Counted from the stretch's first letter, positions 23,667-34,260 are shown. The stretch: 64,000 nucleotides of DNA from Candidatus Methylomirabilota bacterium (GCA_046726415.1 JBKPAK010000213.1:1-64000), one strand, 5' to 3'. The notes: generated by a model not told the origin, from the letters alone. Numbers and translations: made by a program.

Positions 23667-24983
23667 TCCGGCATTTTCGTCCGCCGCCGGCTCCCGCGAT
23701 GTCACCGGCACCGATCCCGCGCGTTTGCCGACCAGCCACTGCTCCGCTGCCGCATAGATTGTCTCGCACCGCGGGCCGATCTCGGGAACTTCCCGCAGAC
23801 GCTCCAGCCCGGCCTGGACGATGGCCTCGGGAGAACCGAGGCCGGCCGTGTCCAGGGCCTCCGCCAACTCGGGCGACACCTCGGGCAAGCTCAGGAGCGC
23901 AGCGAGCATCTCGCGCGGCGGATCATCCGCGGTGGCTCCTTCGGCCTCGATCTCCGACTCGCTCTTGATGTCAATCCGCATGCCCGTGAGCTTGGCCGCC
24001 AAGCGGGCGTTCTGTCCTTTCTTGCCGATGGCCAACGACAGCTGATTGTCGGCCACGACCACCAAGGCCGACGCTGGTTCGTCGGGAGTCTCGGATTCGC
24101 TGATCGTCACCATCGACACCTTGGCCGGCGACAGCGCCCGCGCCACGAACGTAGCCGGATCCTGCGACCACTCGATGATGTCGATCTTCTCCCCGCGCAG
24201 CTCGCGGCTGATCACCTGGATCCGGGTGCCGCGCAAGCCCACGCAGGCGCCGATGGGATCGACGTCGCGTCGGGTCGAGGCCACCGCCACCTTGGCGCGT
24301 TCACCGGCTTCGCGAGCCGCCGCCTTGACGACCACGATACCCTCCTGGATCTCGGGAATCTCCGTCTCGAACAGCCGAACCAGGTAGCCGGGATGGGTGC
24401 GGGAGAGCACCACCTGTGGGCCTTTGGTCGTCCGCCGCACTTCGAGAACGAAGGCCCGCATACGATCACCGGGATTGTGGCGCTCCCCGGGGATTTGCTC
24501 CCGCTCGGGAAGGACGGCCTCCGCCTTGCCGATTTCCAGGATGACGTTGCGCTTCTCGATGCGATGGACGACGCCGCGAACGATTTGCCCTTCCTTGTTG
24601 GCGAACTCCGAGAAGATGCTCTCGCGCTCGGCATCGCGCACCCGCTGCAGGATCACCTGCTTGGCCCGCTGCGCGTCGATGCGTCCGAACTGCTGCGGGG
24701 GCAGCTCTTGTTCCAGCTCGTCGCTCAGTTCGGCGGCCGGATTGAGGGCCTTGGCCTCGGACAAGCTGATCTCTACCGAAGCATCCTCGACGGTGTCGAC
24801 GACCTTCTTGCGCCCGTAGGCGCGCAATGCGCCGGTCTTCCGATCCAGCTCCATGCGAACGTTGTCCGGCGTCTTCTTGGCCGCGGACAGTAGGGCAGAC
24901 TCCAGCGCCTCGAAGAGGACCTCGGGATCGATCCCCTTCTCGCGTCCGATCTGTTCGATCACGGCAATCAATTCGCGATTCAC
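23658..24983 (-). CDS. nusA: transcription termination/antitermination factor NusA
   Basis: [39 protein letters not shown]-terminal HhH. Confidence 0.97.
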   Translation of the reverse strand: MNRELIAVIEQIGREKGIDPEVLFEALESALLSAAKKTPDNVRMELDRKTGALRAYGRKKVVDTVEDASVEISLSEAKALNPAAELSDELEQELPPQQFGRIDAQRAKQVILQRVRDAERESIFSEFANKEGQIVRGVVHRIEKRNVILEIGKAEAVLPEREQIPGERHNPGDRMRAFVLEVRRTTKGPQVVLSRTHPGYLVRLFETEIPEIQEGIVVVKAAAREAGERAKVAVASTRRDVDPIGACVGLRGTRIQVISRELRGEKIDIIEWSQDPATFVARALSPAKVSMVTISESETPDEPASALVVVADNQLSLAIGKKGQNARLAAKLTGMRIDIKSESEIEAEGATADDPPREMLAALLSLPEVSPELAEALDTAGLGSPEAIVQAGLERLREVPEIGPRCETIYAAAEQWLVGKRAGSVPVTSREPAADENAGPS

Positions 24984-24990
24984 GCTGTCG

Positions 24991-25458
24991 TCACGTCCGT
25001 CGGGACCACGGCACCTCGATGTCGAGGCGGGCCTTCGTCAGCGCCGCCCGCGGCACCTCGACCATTTGCTGCGTCCGCTCCAGCACGAGCCGATCGGGCC
25101 ACACCTCGACGAGCCGACCGACGAATTCCTGCCCTCCCGCCGTCCAGCACCGCACCGGCTTGCCAATTGCCCATCGGTACTCGCGCTCCGTGCGCAGCAA
25201 CCGATCGAGCCCAGGCGAGGATACCTCCAAGTCATAGGCATCCTCGATCACGCCGGCCACGTCGAGGAGATCGCCCAGTTCTCGGCTCACTCGCTCGCAG
25301 TCATCGAGCCTGACGCCACCAGACTTGTCCACGAACACCTTCAGGGCCCCACGAGGCCGGGACCCTCGCCAATCCACATCGACCAACTCTAGGCCGTGGT
25401 CCCGGAGCACCGGCTGGATGACCTCCTCGATCCGAGCGAGCTGAGCATCGTCCAGCAT
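24991..25458 (-). CDS. rimP: ribosome maturation factor RimP
   Basis: LDDCERVSRE, YDLEVSSPGLDR. Confidence 0.94.
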   Translation of the reverse strand: MLDDAQLARIEEVIQPVLRDHGLELVDVDWRGSRPRGALKVFVDKSGGVRLDDCERVSRELGDLLDVAGVIEDAYDLEVSSPGLDRLLRTEREYRWAIGKPVRCWTAGGQEFVGRLVEVWPDRLVLERTQQMVEVPRAALTKARLDIEVPWSRRT

Positions 25459-25470
25459 CGGCAATTCACC

Positions 25471-25502
25471 AAAAGTAAAAAAGTGGGCAGCGCCCACTTT
25501 TT
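25471..25502 (-). terminator. intrinsic terminator-like hairpin in the rimP leader
   Basis: Minus strand AAAAAGTGGGC-GCT-GCCCACTTTTT followed by TACTTTT, just downstream of a TGcTAAAGT extended -10-like element. Confidence 0.7.
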
Positions 25503-25535
25503 CAGGACTTTAGCACGTGGATGGACAGGAGGCAA

Positions 25536-25635
25536 GCTCAGGCAGCGCTGACAGCACCCTGGACGGCCGCTCAGCCAGCGCTGACGGGGACCCCGACGGC
25601 CGCTCAGCCAGCGCTGACGGGACCTCCGACGGCCG
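25536..25635 (-). repeat. three 33-bp tandem copies of the proS 3' end including the stop codon
   Basis: gctcag(g/c)cagcgctgac......gacggcc units starting at 25536, 25569 and 25602; TGA at 25538, 25571 and 25604. Confidence 0.9.
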
Positions 25636-27313
25636 GTCGGAGCCCGACGATGGCGTCGGCGGCTTCGTCCTTGGGCACTCGTCTCTCCCGGCGATCCCGG
25701 CGAGCCCGCACTTCGATCATCCCATCCTTCGTGAGGGCATTGCCCACGGTGACGCGGACGGGCACGCCCAACAAGTCGGCATCCTTGAACTTGACGCCCG
25801 GACGTTCGTCTCGGTCATCGAGCAGCGCCTCCAGGCCGCGCCGCCAGCACTCGGCGTAGAGCTCCTCGGCCGCGCTGACTTGCGCGGCATCGCGCCCGCT
25901 CACCAGGACGATGTGGACATGAAACGGGGCAATGGACCACGGCCAAACGATGCCGTCCTCGTCCGTGAGCTGCTCCACAACCGAGGCGGCGATCCGCGCG
26001 GGACCGATGCCGTAGCTTCCCATCACGATCGGCCGCTCCTTGCCGGACTCGTCCAAATACATGGCGCCGAGGGGAACCGAATACTTCGTGCCCAGCTTGA
26101 AGATGTTGCCGATTTCAATGGCGCGCTCTACCGCCAGAGGCGCCCCACAGCGCGGACAGGCCTCGCCCGCCACGACCGTGTGGAGGTCGACAAAACGGCA
26201 GCCGAAGTCCCGCCCGGGCACCACGGCGCGACGATGGTGCCCCTCGCGATTGGCTCCGACCACATAAGAGCCCGTCGCCAAGGCCTCGTCGGCCAGCACG
26301 GGCACGCGCTCACCGAGCGGCCCGATGCTGCCGGGCGGTGCTCCGAGATGGTGCGTCACCTCCTCGGGATGGGCAGGCCGGAATTCCTCGCCGAGGGCCC
26401 GCGCCAGCTTCCGCTCGTGGAGCGCATGATCACCGCGCACGAGGGCGAGCACGGGGCCCGACGCCGTCACGTAGAGAAGCGACTTGATGATCAGTCGCGG
26501 GTCGATGTGGAGGAGGGCCGATACCTCGGCGATGGTCCGGGCATTGGGGGTGGGGACTTCTCCGCCGTCCCAGTCTGGGAACGTTGGCGCTTCTGGCTTG
26601 CCCCGGGCCAGCTCCACGTTGGCCGCGTACCCGCACTGGCTGCACAGCGCCACCTCGTCCTCGCCGGCCGCGCTGGGGGCCATGAATTCGTGCGAGCCAA
26701 GGCCACCCATCATGCCGGGATCCGACTGCACGACGTAATAGCGCAAGCCGCACCGGTCGAAAATCCGACGATACGCATGCTCGTGGGCGAGATACGACCG
26801 CTCCAGCGCCTCTTCGTCGGGATCGAGCGTATACGAATCCTTCATGACGAACTCGCGCGTTCGCAGCACACCCGAGCGCGGTCGGGCCTCGTCGCGCTCC
26901 TTGGTTTGGATCTGGTACCAGATCTGGGGCAGGTCGCGATACGAGCGAATCTCGCGGGCCGCCAGCCAGGCCACCACTTCCTCGTGGGTCATGCCGAGGC
27001 ACATGTCCCGTCCGTGACGGTCCTTCAGCCGGAACATCTCCTCGCCGATGGCGTCCCATCGCCCGGACTGGCGCCAGAGCTCGGCCGGCTGGAGTACGGG
27101 CATGCTCAGCTCCTGTCCCCCGATGGCGTTCATTTCCTGGCGAATGATGGTGGTGATCTTGTCGAGCACCCGCAGTCCGAGGGGGAGATAGACGTAGATG
27201 CCGGCCCCCAGCTGGCGCACGAGACCCGCCCGAAGCATGAGGCGGTGGCTGAGCGCCTCCGCCTCGGCTGGGGCCTCGCGCAGCGTGGGAACGAGAGACC
27301 GCGTCAGCCGCAT
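25604..27313 (-). CDS. proS: proline--tRNA ligase (long form with editing insertion)
   Basis: THEE, KERDEARPRSGVLRTREFVMKDSY, IEIGNIFKLG, MGSYGIG, GVKFKDADL. Confidence 0.97.
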   Translation of the reverse strand: MRLTRSLVPTLREAPAEAEALSHRLMLRAGLVRQLGAGIYVYLPLGLRVLDKITTIIRQEMNAIGGQELSMPVLQPAELWRQSGRWDAIGEEMFRLKDRHGRDMCLGMTHEEVVAWLAAREIRSYRDLPQIWYQIQTKERDEARPRSGVLRTREFVMKDSYTLDPDEEALERSYLAHEHAYRRIFDRCGLRYYVVQSDPGMMGGLGSHEFMAPSAAGEDEVALCSQCGYAANVELARGKPEAPTFPDWDGGEVPTPNARTIAEVSALLHIDPRLIIKSLLYVTASGPVLALVRGDHALHERKLARALGEEFRPAHPEEVTHHLGAPPGSIGPLGERVPVLADEALATGSYVVGANREGHHRRAVVPGRDFGCRFVDLHTVVAGEACPRCGAPLAVERAIEIGNIFKLGTKYSVPLGAMYLDESGKERPIVMGSYGIGPARIAASVVEQLTDEDGIVWPWSIAPFHVHIVLVSGRDAAQVSAAEELYAECWRRGLEALLDDRDERPGVKFKDADLLGVPVRVTVGNALTKDGMIEVRARRDRRERRVPKDEAADAIVGLRPAVGGPVSAG

Positions 27314-27314
27314 C

Positions 27315-27650
27315 TCACGCGTGATCGTCCTTCTTCTTGTTGGCTCCCTTGACGCCCGGCTGGTAGAGTAGGCGCTCCACAGGCTTACCGCCGAGGATGT
27401 GCGACTGCATGATGTCGTCGAGGTCCGATTCCTGGACCCCCGCGTACCATACGTTCTCGGGATAGACCACGATCATCGGGCCGTGACCACACTGGGAGAA
27501 GCACCCAGCATGGTTCACGCGAACCTCGTCCTTCTTCCCGGCCTTGAACGCCTCGCCGCGCAGGTACTTGACGAACTTCTGCACGTCGCCCTGGGTCGGG
27601 CAGGTCTCGCCGGCGGTACACACGAACACGTGAATGTCGTACTGGCCCAT
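27315..27650 (-). CDS. thioredoxin-like [2Fe-2S] ferredoxin
   Basis: HVFVC-X5-C ... GCFSQCGHGPMIVVYPENVWY ... HILGGKPVERL. Confidence 0.88.
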   Translation of the reverse strand: MGQYDIHVFVCTAGETCPTQGDVQKFVKYLRGEAFKAGKKDEVRVNHAGCFSQCGHGPMIVVYPENVWYAGVQESDLDDIMQSHILGGKPVERLLYQPGVKGANKKKDDHA

Positions 27651-27658
27651 GGACGCTC

Positions 27659-28750
27659 TCACTCAGCGACCGCGGTCGGCGCCGCGCGTCGCTCCGAAAT
27701 GAACCTGTCCACCTCTTCGCGCATGGCCTTCACAATGTCGGCCTCGGGGACTTTGCGAACGACCTCGCCGTTCTTGAAGATCAGGCCGATACCGCGGCCG
27801 CCGGCCACGCCGATGTCGGCCGCCCGTGCCTCGCCTGGCCCGTTCACCTCGCAACCCATGACCGCGATGTGGATCTCCTCGTTCAACCCCTTGAACTCTT
27901 CTTCTACCTGCCGCGCCAGCTTCACCAGATCCACGTCGGCGCGCCCGCACGACGGACAGGACACGAAGGTCAGCCCCCCCTTGCGCAGCCCCAGCGACTT
28001 GAGGATGTCGATGCCGACGCGCACTTCCTCCGTAGGATCCGCGGACAGGGAGACGCGGAGGGTGTCGCCGATCCCCTCCGAGAGGAGGGCCCCCAGACCC
28101 ACCGCCGATTTGATGGTGCCGACGCCGGGAGTGCCCGCTTCGGTGACGCCCAGATGGAACGGGTAGTCCACCTGGTCGGCGAGCATGCGGTAGGCTTCGA
28201 TCATCATGAGGGGATCGGACGCCTTGAGGGAGACCTTCATCTCAGGGTAGTCGAGGTCCTCCAGGATCCGAATGTGGCGTAGGGCGGACTCCACCATGCC
28301 CTCCGGGGTGGGGCCGCCGTACTTCGCGAGGAGATCCTTCTCCAGCGATCCGGCATTGACGCCAATGCGAATGGGGATCGTTCGCTCCTTGGCCAGATTG
28401 ACGACCTCCCGGACGAATGGCACGCCTCCGATGTTCCCGGGGTTCAACCGCAAACCATCGACCCCTTGCTCCAGAGCGATCAGGGCGAGCTTGTAGTTGA
28501 AGTGGATGTCTGCCACCAACGGGATGCGGATCTGGCGCTTGATCTCCGCCAGCTTTTCGGCCGCCTCCCGTACCGGGACCGCGCACCGCACGATCTCGCA
28601 GCCGGCCGCTTCCAGCGACCAGATCTCGAGCAGCGTGGCCTGCACGTCGCGGGTGTCCGTCTTGGTCATCGACTGCACGGTGAGCGGTGCCTCGCCTCCC
28701 ACCTTCACCCCACCGAGCTGAATCTGTCGGGTCGTGCGCCGAGTGATCAT
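27659..28750 (-). CDS. ispG: 4-hydroxy-3-methylbut-2-enyl diphosphate synthase
   Basis: VQSMT, ADIHF, RLNPGNIG, RIGVNAGSL, SCPSCGR, MGCEVNGPGE. Confidence 0.97.
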   Translation of the reverse strand: MITRRTTRQIQLGGVKVGGEAPLTVQSMTKTDTRDVQATLLEIWSLEAAGCEIVRCAVPVREAAEKLAEIKRQIRIPLVADIHFNYKLALIALEQGVDGLRLNPGNIGGVPFVREVVNLAKERTIPIRIGVNAGSLEKDLLAKYGGPTPEGMVESALRHIRILEDLDYPEMKVSLKASDPLMMIEAYRMLADQVDYPFHLGVTEAGTPGVGTIKSAVGLGALLSEGIGDTLRVSLSADPTEEVRVGIDILKSLGLRKGGLTFVSCPSCGRADVDLVKLARQVEEEFKGLNEEIHIAVMGCEVNGPGEARAADIGVAGGRGIGLIFKNGEVVRKVPEADIVKAMREEVDRFISERRAAPTAVAE

Positions 28751-28793
28751 CTCGCCCCTATGGTGGCCGGAATTTTCACCGCGTCCTTCTCTC

Positions 28794-30161
28794 TTACTGC
28801 CGGAGGAACTTGAAGGCGTCGATGCGGACCAGATCGTTGTAGAGCGCGTACACCATGAGCAGCATGAGCAGCACGAACCCGAGCTGCTGGGCCGCCTCCC
28901 GCTTCTTCAACGACAGCGGCCGTCCCAACACGGCTTCAATGAGGAAGAAGAGCAAGTGGCCGCCGTCCAGCATCGGCACGGGCAAGAGGTTCAGCACGGC
29001 CAGGTTCACGCTGATGATGGCCGTGAAGAGGGCAAGCGAGCCGAGGCCTTCCCTGGCCTGGCGACCCGCCTCGGAGGCGATCTGGATGGGCCCGCCGATG
29101 TTCGACGAATCGATCTGCCGGGAGAGGATTTTCCACAAGCCCTTGACGGTCACCACGGTCATGTCCCACGTTCGCACGCTGCCGTACCACACGGCGGCCA
29201 GCGGCGGGTAAGGCTCGTAGGTCACGGTTCGGGTGACGATGGACACGCCGATGCGCCCGACCTGCACGTCCTCCCCGGATGGCGCCTTCTCGGTCTTGCG
29301 CTCGGCGGTCACCGTCAATGCCTGGCGCCGACCCCCTCGCTCGACCATCAGCTCGAACGTCTGCCCTGGGCGCTTCTGAATGGCCTGCATGAGGTCTTCC
29401 GGCGTGAACACCGGCTCTCCAGCCACCGCCACCACCGCATCCCCCGGCTGGAGTCCGGCGCGGGCGGCGGGCGAGTCACCGTTAACCGCCCCGATGTGCG
29501 GGGTGAGCTGGGGTCCCGCCCCGATCTCCCAAACCTCGCGCGGCTCCTTGAAGATTGGATCGCGCGTCACCGAGCGCCGCGAGGTCAGCGACAGCGTTAC
29601 CTCGGTGCCGTCACGGGCGACGGTGAGCTGCAGTGGCCGGCCCTCGGAAGAGGCCACCACCCGGTCGAGATCCTCCCAGTTCCTCGCCGCGGCGCCGTTG
29701 ATCTTCAGCACGACGTCGCCGCTCCGCAGGCCGGCCATCGCGGCCGGCCCCCCGTCTGCCACCTTCCCCACGATAGCCGGCCACACCGGGCGCCCCACAG
29801 TGGCCAGGACGACGGCGAAGATCACGGCGGCCAGGACGAAATTCATGCCGGGCCCCGCAAAGACGATGAGGAAGCGCGCCCAAAGGGGCTTGGCGGCGAA
29901 GGCCTTGGCCGGATCCGAGGCGAGCGATGAGCCACCTTCCAGCGGGCTCTCCTCGCCGACCATCTTTACGTAGCCCCCCATGGGGATCACCGAGAGGCAG
30001 TACTCCGTCTCCTTCCCCCGCCAGCGCAGCAATACTGGCCCGAACCCGATGGAGAAGCGCTCCACGCCAACGCCAGCCAGGCGGGCGACGATGAAGTGGC
30101 CAAGCTCGTGAATGAGAATCAGGATCCCGATCACAATGACGAACGATACGACCGTGGTCAC
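28794..30161 (-). CDS. rseP: RIP metalloprotease RseP (two PDZ domains)
   Basis: HELGH, FSIGFG, AGPGMNF, NLLPVPMLDGGH. Confidence 0.95.
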   Translation of the reverse strand: MTTVVSFVIVIGILILIHELGHFIVARLAGVGVERFSIGFGPVLLRWRGKETEYCLSVIPMGGYVKMVGEESPLEGGSSLASDPAKAFAAKPLWARFLIVFAGPGMNFVLAAVIFAVVLATVGRPVWPAIVGKVADGGPAAMAGLRSGDVVLKINGAAARNWEDLDRVVASSEGRPLQLTVARDGTEVTLSLTSRRSVTRDPIFKEPREVWEIGAGPQLTPHIGAVNGDSPAARAGLQPGDAVVAVAGEPVFTPEDLMQAIQKRPGQTFELMVERGGRRQALTVTAERKTEKAPSGEDVQVGRIGVSIVTRTVTYEPYPPLAAVWYGSVRTWDMTVVTVKGLWKILSRQIDSSNIGGPIQIASEAGRQAREGLGSLALFTAIISVNLAVLNLLPVPMLDGGHLLFFLIEAVLGRPLSLKKREAAQQLGFVLLMLLMVYALYNDLVRIDAFKFLRQ

Positions 30162-31333
30162 TCCGACCGTCCTCCTCCGCGCGGCTCCACAAACCCTCGG
30201 ACTTTGCGCCGTACTTCTGCGTCGACGGCAACGCAGTCCTCGATCGACGCGAGACCGCCTCCCGCGTCCGCCGAGAGAGCACGCTCAATCAGTATAGGGA
30301 CGTCGGCAAATCCGATGCGCCGATCGAGGAAGGCCGCCACCGCGATCTCGTTGGCTGCGTTGAGCACGACCGGAGCCCGTGGCCCATGCCCCAGCGCGCT
30401 TCGAGCCAGGGCGAGGCACGGGAAGCGGTCCGTATCCGGCTCCTCGAAGGTCAGGCGGCCCACGCAGGTGAGGTCCAGGCGGGCTGCCGGGGCCGGGCGC
30501 CGCTCGGGGTAGGTCAGCGCGTAGAGGATGGGAACCCCCATGTCCGCGATCCCGAGTTGGGCAATGACCGAGCCGTCGATGTACTCGACCATCGAGTGCA
30601 CGATCGATTGCGGATGCACGACCACGGCGATGCGGTCGGGATCGAGATCGAACAACCACCGGGCCTCGATAATTTCCAGTCCCTTGTTCATCAGGGTCGC
30701 GGAGTCGATCGTGATCTTCGCCCCCATCTTCCACGTGGGATGGCGCAGGGCGTCCTCCACAGTGATCGAGGCAAAGGTATGCCGGGGGCGCTCGCGAAAG
30801 GGTCCGCCCGACGCCGTCAGTAGGACCCGATGGACGTCCTGGCGATTATGTCCCTGCAAACACTGAAACACGGCACTGTGCTCGGAGTCCACGGGGAGCA
30901 GTGACACCCCCCGCGCGCGGGCCGCCGCCATCATGAGGCCCCCGGCCATCACCAGCGTTTCCTTGTTGGCCAGCGCTACGGTCCGGCCCGCCTGGATGGC
31001 CGCCATGGTGGGCAAGAGTCCGGCCGCCCCTACGAGCGCCGATACCACGATGTCGGCGTCGACCTCTTCGGCGAGGGCCACCAGCCCCTCCGGACCACGG
31101 AGCAGATCGGGCCGTGGCCTCGGCAGTTGGCCGGCGAGCCGATCGACAGCCTCTCCGTCGAGCAGGGCGACGACCTTTGGCGCGTACTTGCGGCACACGT
31201 CGGCGATGACGTCAACGTTGGAGCCGCGCGCGGCCAACCCGGCCACCGTGAACTCTTCGGGAAAACTCGAGATCAGCTCGAGGGTGCGGAGTCCAACGGA
31301 GCCAGTGGCGCCGAGGATGGTGATGCGCTTCAC
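30158..31333 (-). CDS. dxr: 1-deoxy-D-xylulose-5-phosphate reductoisomerase
   Basis: ILGATGSVG, LANKE, PVDSEHSA, HPTWKMGAKITIDSATLMNKGLE. Confidence 0.97.
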   Translation of the reverse strand: MKRITILGATGSVGLRTLELISSFPEEFTVAGLAARGSNVDVIADVCRKYAPKVVALLDGEAVDRLAGQLPRPRPDLLRGPEGLVALAEEVDADIVVSALVGAAGLLPTMAAIQAGRTVALANKETLVMAGGLMMAAARARGVSLLPVDSEHSAVFQCLQGHNRQDVHRVLLTASGGPFRERPRHTFASITVEDALRHPTWKMGAKITIDSATLMNKGLEIIEARWLFDLDPDRIAVVVHPQSIVHSMVEYIDGSVIAQLGIADMGVPILYALTYPERRPAPAARLDLTCVGRLTFEEPDTDRFPCLALARSALGHGPRAPVVLNAANEIAVAAFLDRRIGFADVPILIERALSADAGGGLASIEDCVAVDAEVRRKVRGFVEPRGGGRSE

Positions 31334-32166
31334 GCTCGTCCCCCGAGGACTCCCGCGTAGTAGAAGAGCGCGGGCGTGTTGAACAAGAGGCCGTCGATCC
31401 GGTCGAGGAGCCCACCGTGGCCGGGGAAAACATTCCCCGCCTCCTTGGCGCCGACACTCCGCTTGATGACGGACTCGGCGAGGTCGCCCACCTGCCCCAC
31501 CGCGCCCAAGAGGAGTCCGGCCATGCTCGTCTCCACGCTGGACCAGCGCGGCACCAATCCGGCGAGCGCCCATGCCGCCACGACCGAAGCGAGGAGTTGG
31601 CCCGCCGCCCCTTCGACCGTCTTCCCTGGACTGATCTTCGGCGCAAGCTTGTGGCGTCCGATGGCCGAGCCAACCAGGTAGGCTGCGGTCTCCCCAGCCC
31701 AGGTGACGGCGAGGAGGAAGAGGATCAGGGCCCGCCCATCAGCGAGCTGGTGCAGGAGGAGGGCGTGCCCCATGAGGACACCGATATAGCAGAGACTCGT
31801 CAGTCCGATCACCACCGCGTCACTCGAAGGCCCGCTGGGTATCCAGAGCGAGGCAGCGAGAATCAGCCCGGTGGTCACCGCCAGCGCCGCCACCGGCGCG
31901 CCGGGGAAGATGAAGCTGGCCGTGACCACCGCGGCGCAGAGCGCCGTCAACCAGGGCCGGGCCACGCGTCCGGTCCCCTGGAAGAGGTGACAGAGCTCCC
32001 AGCTGGCCGCGGCGCTCAACACGACCACGAACCACTGAAAGATCCACGGCGGCGCCCCCGCCACGATCCACACCACCACCGGAACGAGCACCACTGCGCT
32101 GAGGATACGCTTCAGCAGCACGTGACCCTCGCCGGCGCGCCGCAGGGAGACAGCCACCACCCCCAT
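31330..32166 (-). CDS. cdsA: phosphatidate cytidylyltransferase
   Basis: Hydrophobic; ISPGKTVEG, GDLAESVIKR, PGHGGLLDRID; start uncertain (32166 or 32121). Confidence 0.93.
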   Translation of the reverse strand: MGVVAVSLRRAGEGHVLLKRILSAVVLVPVVVWIVAGAPPWIFQWFVVVLSAAASWELCHLFQGTGRVARPWLTALCAAVVTASFIFPGAPVAALAVTTGLILAASLWIPSGPSSDAVVIGLTSLCYIGVLMGHALLLHQLADGRALILFLLAVTWAGETAAYLVGSAIGRHKLAPKISPGKTVEGAAGQLLASVVAAWALAGLVPRWSSVETSMAGLLLGAVGQVGDLAESVIKRSVGAKEAGNVFPGHGGLLDRIDGLLFNTPALFYYAGVLGGRA

Positions 32167-32167
32167 G

Positions 32168-32956
32168 TCACAGTCCGCCGAAACGGCGTGTCCGCCCCTG
32201 GAACTCCGCGAGCGCCCGATACAAGTCGAGCGCCGCGAAGTCGGGCCACATGATCGGGGTGATCCAGAGCTCCGTGTACGCGATCTGCCACAGGAGGAAG
32301 TTGGAGACCCGCATCTCACCGCTCGTCCTGATGAGAAGATCGGGGTCGGGCACATCAGCCGTGTACAGGGCTTGGCTCACGTGCTTCTCGGTGATCTCAT
32401 CGGGCTCGAGCCTGCCCGCTTTCACCTGCTGCGCGAGCGACCGTACGGCATCCAGCACCTCGTCGCGCCCACCATAGTTGAAGGCCATGAGCAGGGTCAG
32501 GCCGGTGTTGTCGGCGGTGGCTCGCACGACCCGGTCGATGCCTCGCTGGACTGCGGCGGGCACCCGATGGGGCTGCCCGATGACTCGCAAGCGCACGTTG
32601 CGCCGCACCAGCTCGGGCAGCTCATCTCCGATGGACCTCTCCAGCAGGCGCATCAGCGTGGAAACTTCTGTTTCCGGTCTCGTCCAGTTCTCAGTGGAGA
32701 AGGCGAACAGGGTGAGGTAGCGAAGTCCGACGGTGGCCGCGGCGGTGACGATGCGCCGCGCCGCTTTCACGCCCTCGCGATGGCCGGCGATCCGCGGCAG
32801 GCCACGCCGGGTGGCCCAGCGTCCGTTGCCGTCCATGATGATGGCGACGTGCTCCGGCAGGGGCTGCGTGCGGATGGCGGCGAGCACACGCGCCTCTTCG
32901 AGCTCGGCCCTGACGGCCGAGCCGCGAGCTCGTTCCGAAGCCATGGGTGGTTTCAT
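32168..32956 (-). CDS. uppS: undecaprenyl diphosphate synthase
   Basis: HVAIIMDGNGRWA, FSTENW, NYGGRDE, IRTSGEMRVSNFLLWQ, RRFGG. Confidence 0.97.
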   Translation of the reverse strand: MKPPMASERARGSAVRAELEEARVLAAIRTQPLPEHVAIIMDGNGRWATRRGLPRIAGHREGVKAARRIVTAAATVGLRYLTLFAFSTENWTRPETEVSTLMRLLERSIGDELPELVRRNVRLRVIGQPHRVPAAVQRGIDRVVRATADNTGLTLLMAFNYGGRDEVLDAVRSLAQQVKAGRLEPDEITEKHVSQALYTADVPDPDLLIRTSGEMRVSNFLLWQIAYTELWITPIMWPDFAALDLYRALAEFQGRTRRFGGL

Positions 32957-32960
32957 TAGA

Positions 32961-33515
32961 CTAGATCGTGAGGATCTCGTGCTCCTTTTTCTTCAGGAGC
33001 TCGTCGACCTTGGCGATGAACCGGTCGGTGGTCTTCTGGATCTGCTCGTGCCCTCGGCGCTCGTCGTCCTCGGACACCTTCGTGTCTTTGGCCAGGACCT
33101 TCAGTTTGTCGTTGGCCTCGCGTCGGAGATTGCGGATGGACACCCGCCCTTCCTCCGCCACCTTCCCCACGGTTTTCGCGAGTTGCTTGCGCCGCTCCTC
33201 GGTGAGGGTGGGCATGACCAGACGGATCACCTTTCCGTCATTCATGGGGGTGATCCCGAGGTCCGAGGCCACGATGGCTTTTTCGATGATTTTGAGTTGG
33301 TTCGCTTCCCAGGGCTGGATAGTGATGGTCCGCGCGTCCGGCACGGCCACGGAGGCCATCTGGTTGAGCGGCGTGGGAGTCCCGTAGTAGTCGACCCGAA
33401 CGCCATCGAGCAGGCTGGACGAGGCTCGTCCCGTCCGGATTGAGGCGAACTCCCGGCCCAGTGCCTCCACCGCCGCGTTCATGCGGGCTTCGGTATCCTT
33501 CATCAGCGCCTGCAC
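32961..33515 (-). CDS. frr: ribosome recycling factor
   Basis: IRTGRA, VDYYG, LTEERRK, IRNLRR. Confidence 0.97.
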   Translation of the reverse strand: MQALMKDTEARMNAAVEALGREFASIRTGRASSSLLDGVRVDYYGTPTPLNQMASVAVPDARTITIQPWEANQLKIIEKAIVASDLGITPMNDGKVIRLVMPTLTEERRKQLAKTVGKVAEEGRVSIRNLRREANDKLKVLAKDTKVSEDDERRGHEQIQKTTDRFIAKVDELLKKKEHEILTI

Positions 33516-33516
33516 G

Positions 33517-34260
33517 TCACCCTCCTGTCGAGGACACGATGGAACCGACCGGCTCGCCGAGCACGATCCGCCTGATATTCCCCGTGGACGTGAGGTCGAA
33601 GACCACGATGGGCAAGCCGTTCTCCATGCACAGGGAAATGGCCGTCGTATCCATGACCTCCAGCCGTCGGCTGAGCATGTCGATGTACGTCATGCGGGCC
33701 AGTCGCTCGGCACTGGCGTCGCGCTTGGGGTCCGCGGTGTAGATGCCGTCGACTTGGGTGGCCTTCATGATGACATCAGCCCCGATCTCGATGGCGCGCA
33801 GGGCACCGGCGGTATCGGTCGTGAAGAAGGGGTTTCCGGTGCCCGCGGCGAAGATGACCACCCGCCCTTTCTCGAGATGCCGGATGGCCCGACGCCGGAT
33901 GTAGGGCTCGGCCACCGCACGCATCTCAATGGCCGACAGCACGCGTGTCTGCAACCCGCATTTCTCGAGGGCATCCTGCAGGGCCAGGGCATTGATGACG
34001 GTGGCCAGCATGCCCATGTAATCGGCGGTGGCCCGCTCCATGCCCTTGGCGCTGGCCGCCACCCCTCGAAAAATGTTGCCACCGCCGATCACGATGGCGA
34101 TCTGCACGCCGAGCTCGACGACCCCGTGGACTTCCTGCGCGATCCGCTCCAGCACCGGAGGGTCGATGCCATAACCCTGGCCGCCCGCGAGGGCCTCGCC
34201 GGAAAGCTTCAGAACGACTCGGCGGTAGGCCGGACGCGATGAGCCGGCGTCCGCCGACAT
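33517..34260 (-). CDS. pyrH: UMP kinase
   Basis: [32 protein letters not shown]. Confidence 0.97.
   Translation of the reverse strand: MSADAGSSRPAYRRVVLKLSGEALAGGQGYGIDPPVLERIAQEVHGVVELGVQIAIVIGGGNIFRGVAASAKGMERATADYMGMLATVINALALQDALEKCGLQTRVLSAIEMRAVAEPYIRRRAIRHLEKGRVVIFAAGTGNPFFTTDTAGALRAIEIGADVIMKATQVDGIYTADPKRDASAERLARMTYIDMLSRRLEVMDTTAISLCMENGLPIVVFDLTSTGNIRRIVLGEPVGSIVSSTGG

Noticed and set aside
25536-25635. Possible mini-CRISPR array (33-bp periodicity), also considered at 23581-23666 and 54271-54336
   Set aside because: The units are directly tandem with no unique spacers, match adjacent coding ends, and no cas genes are present.
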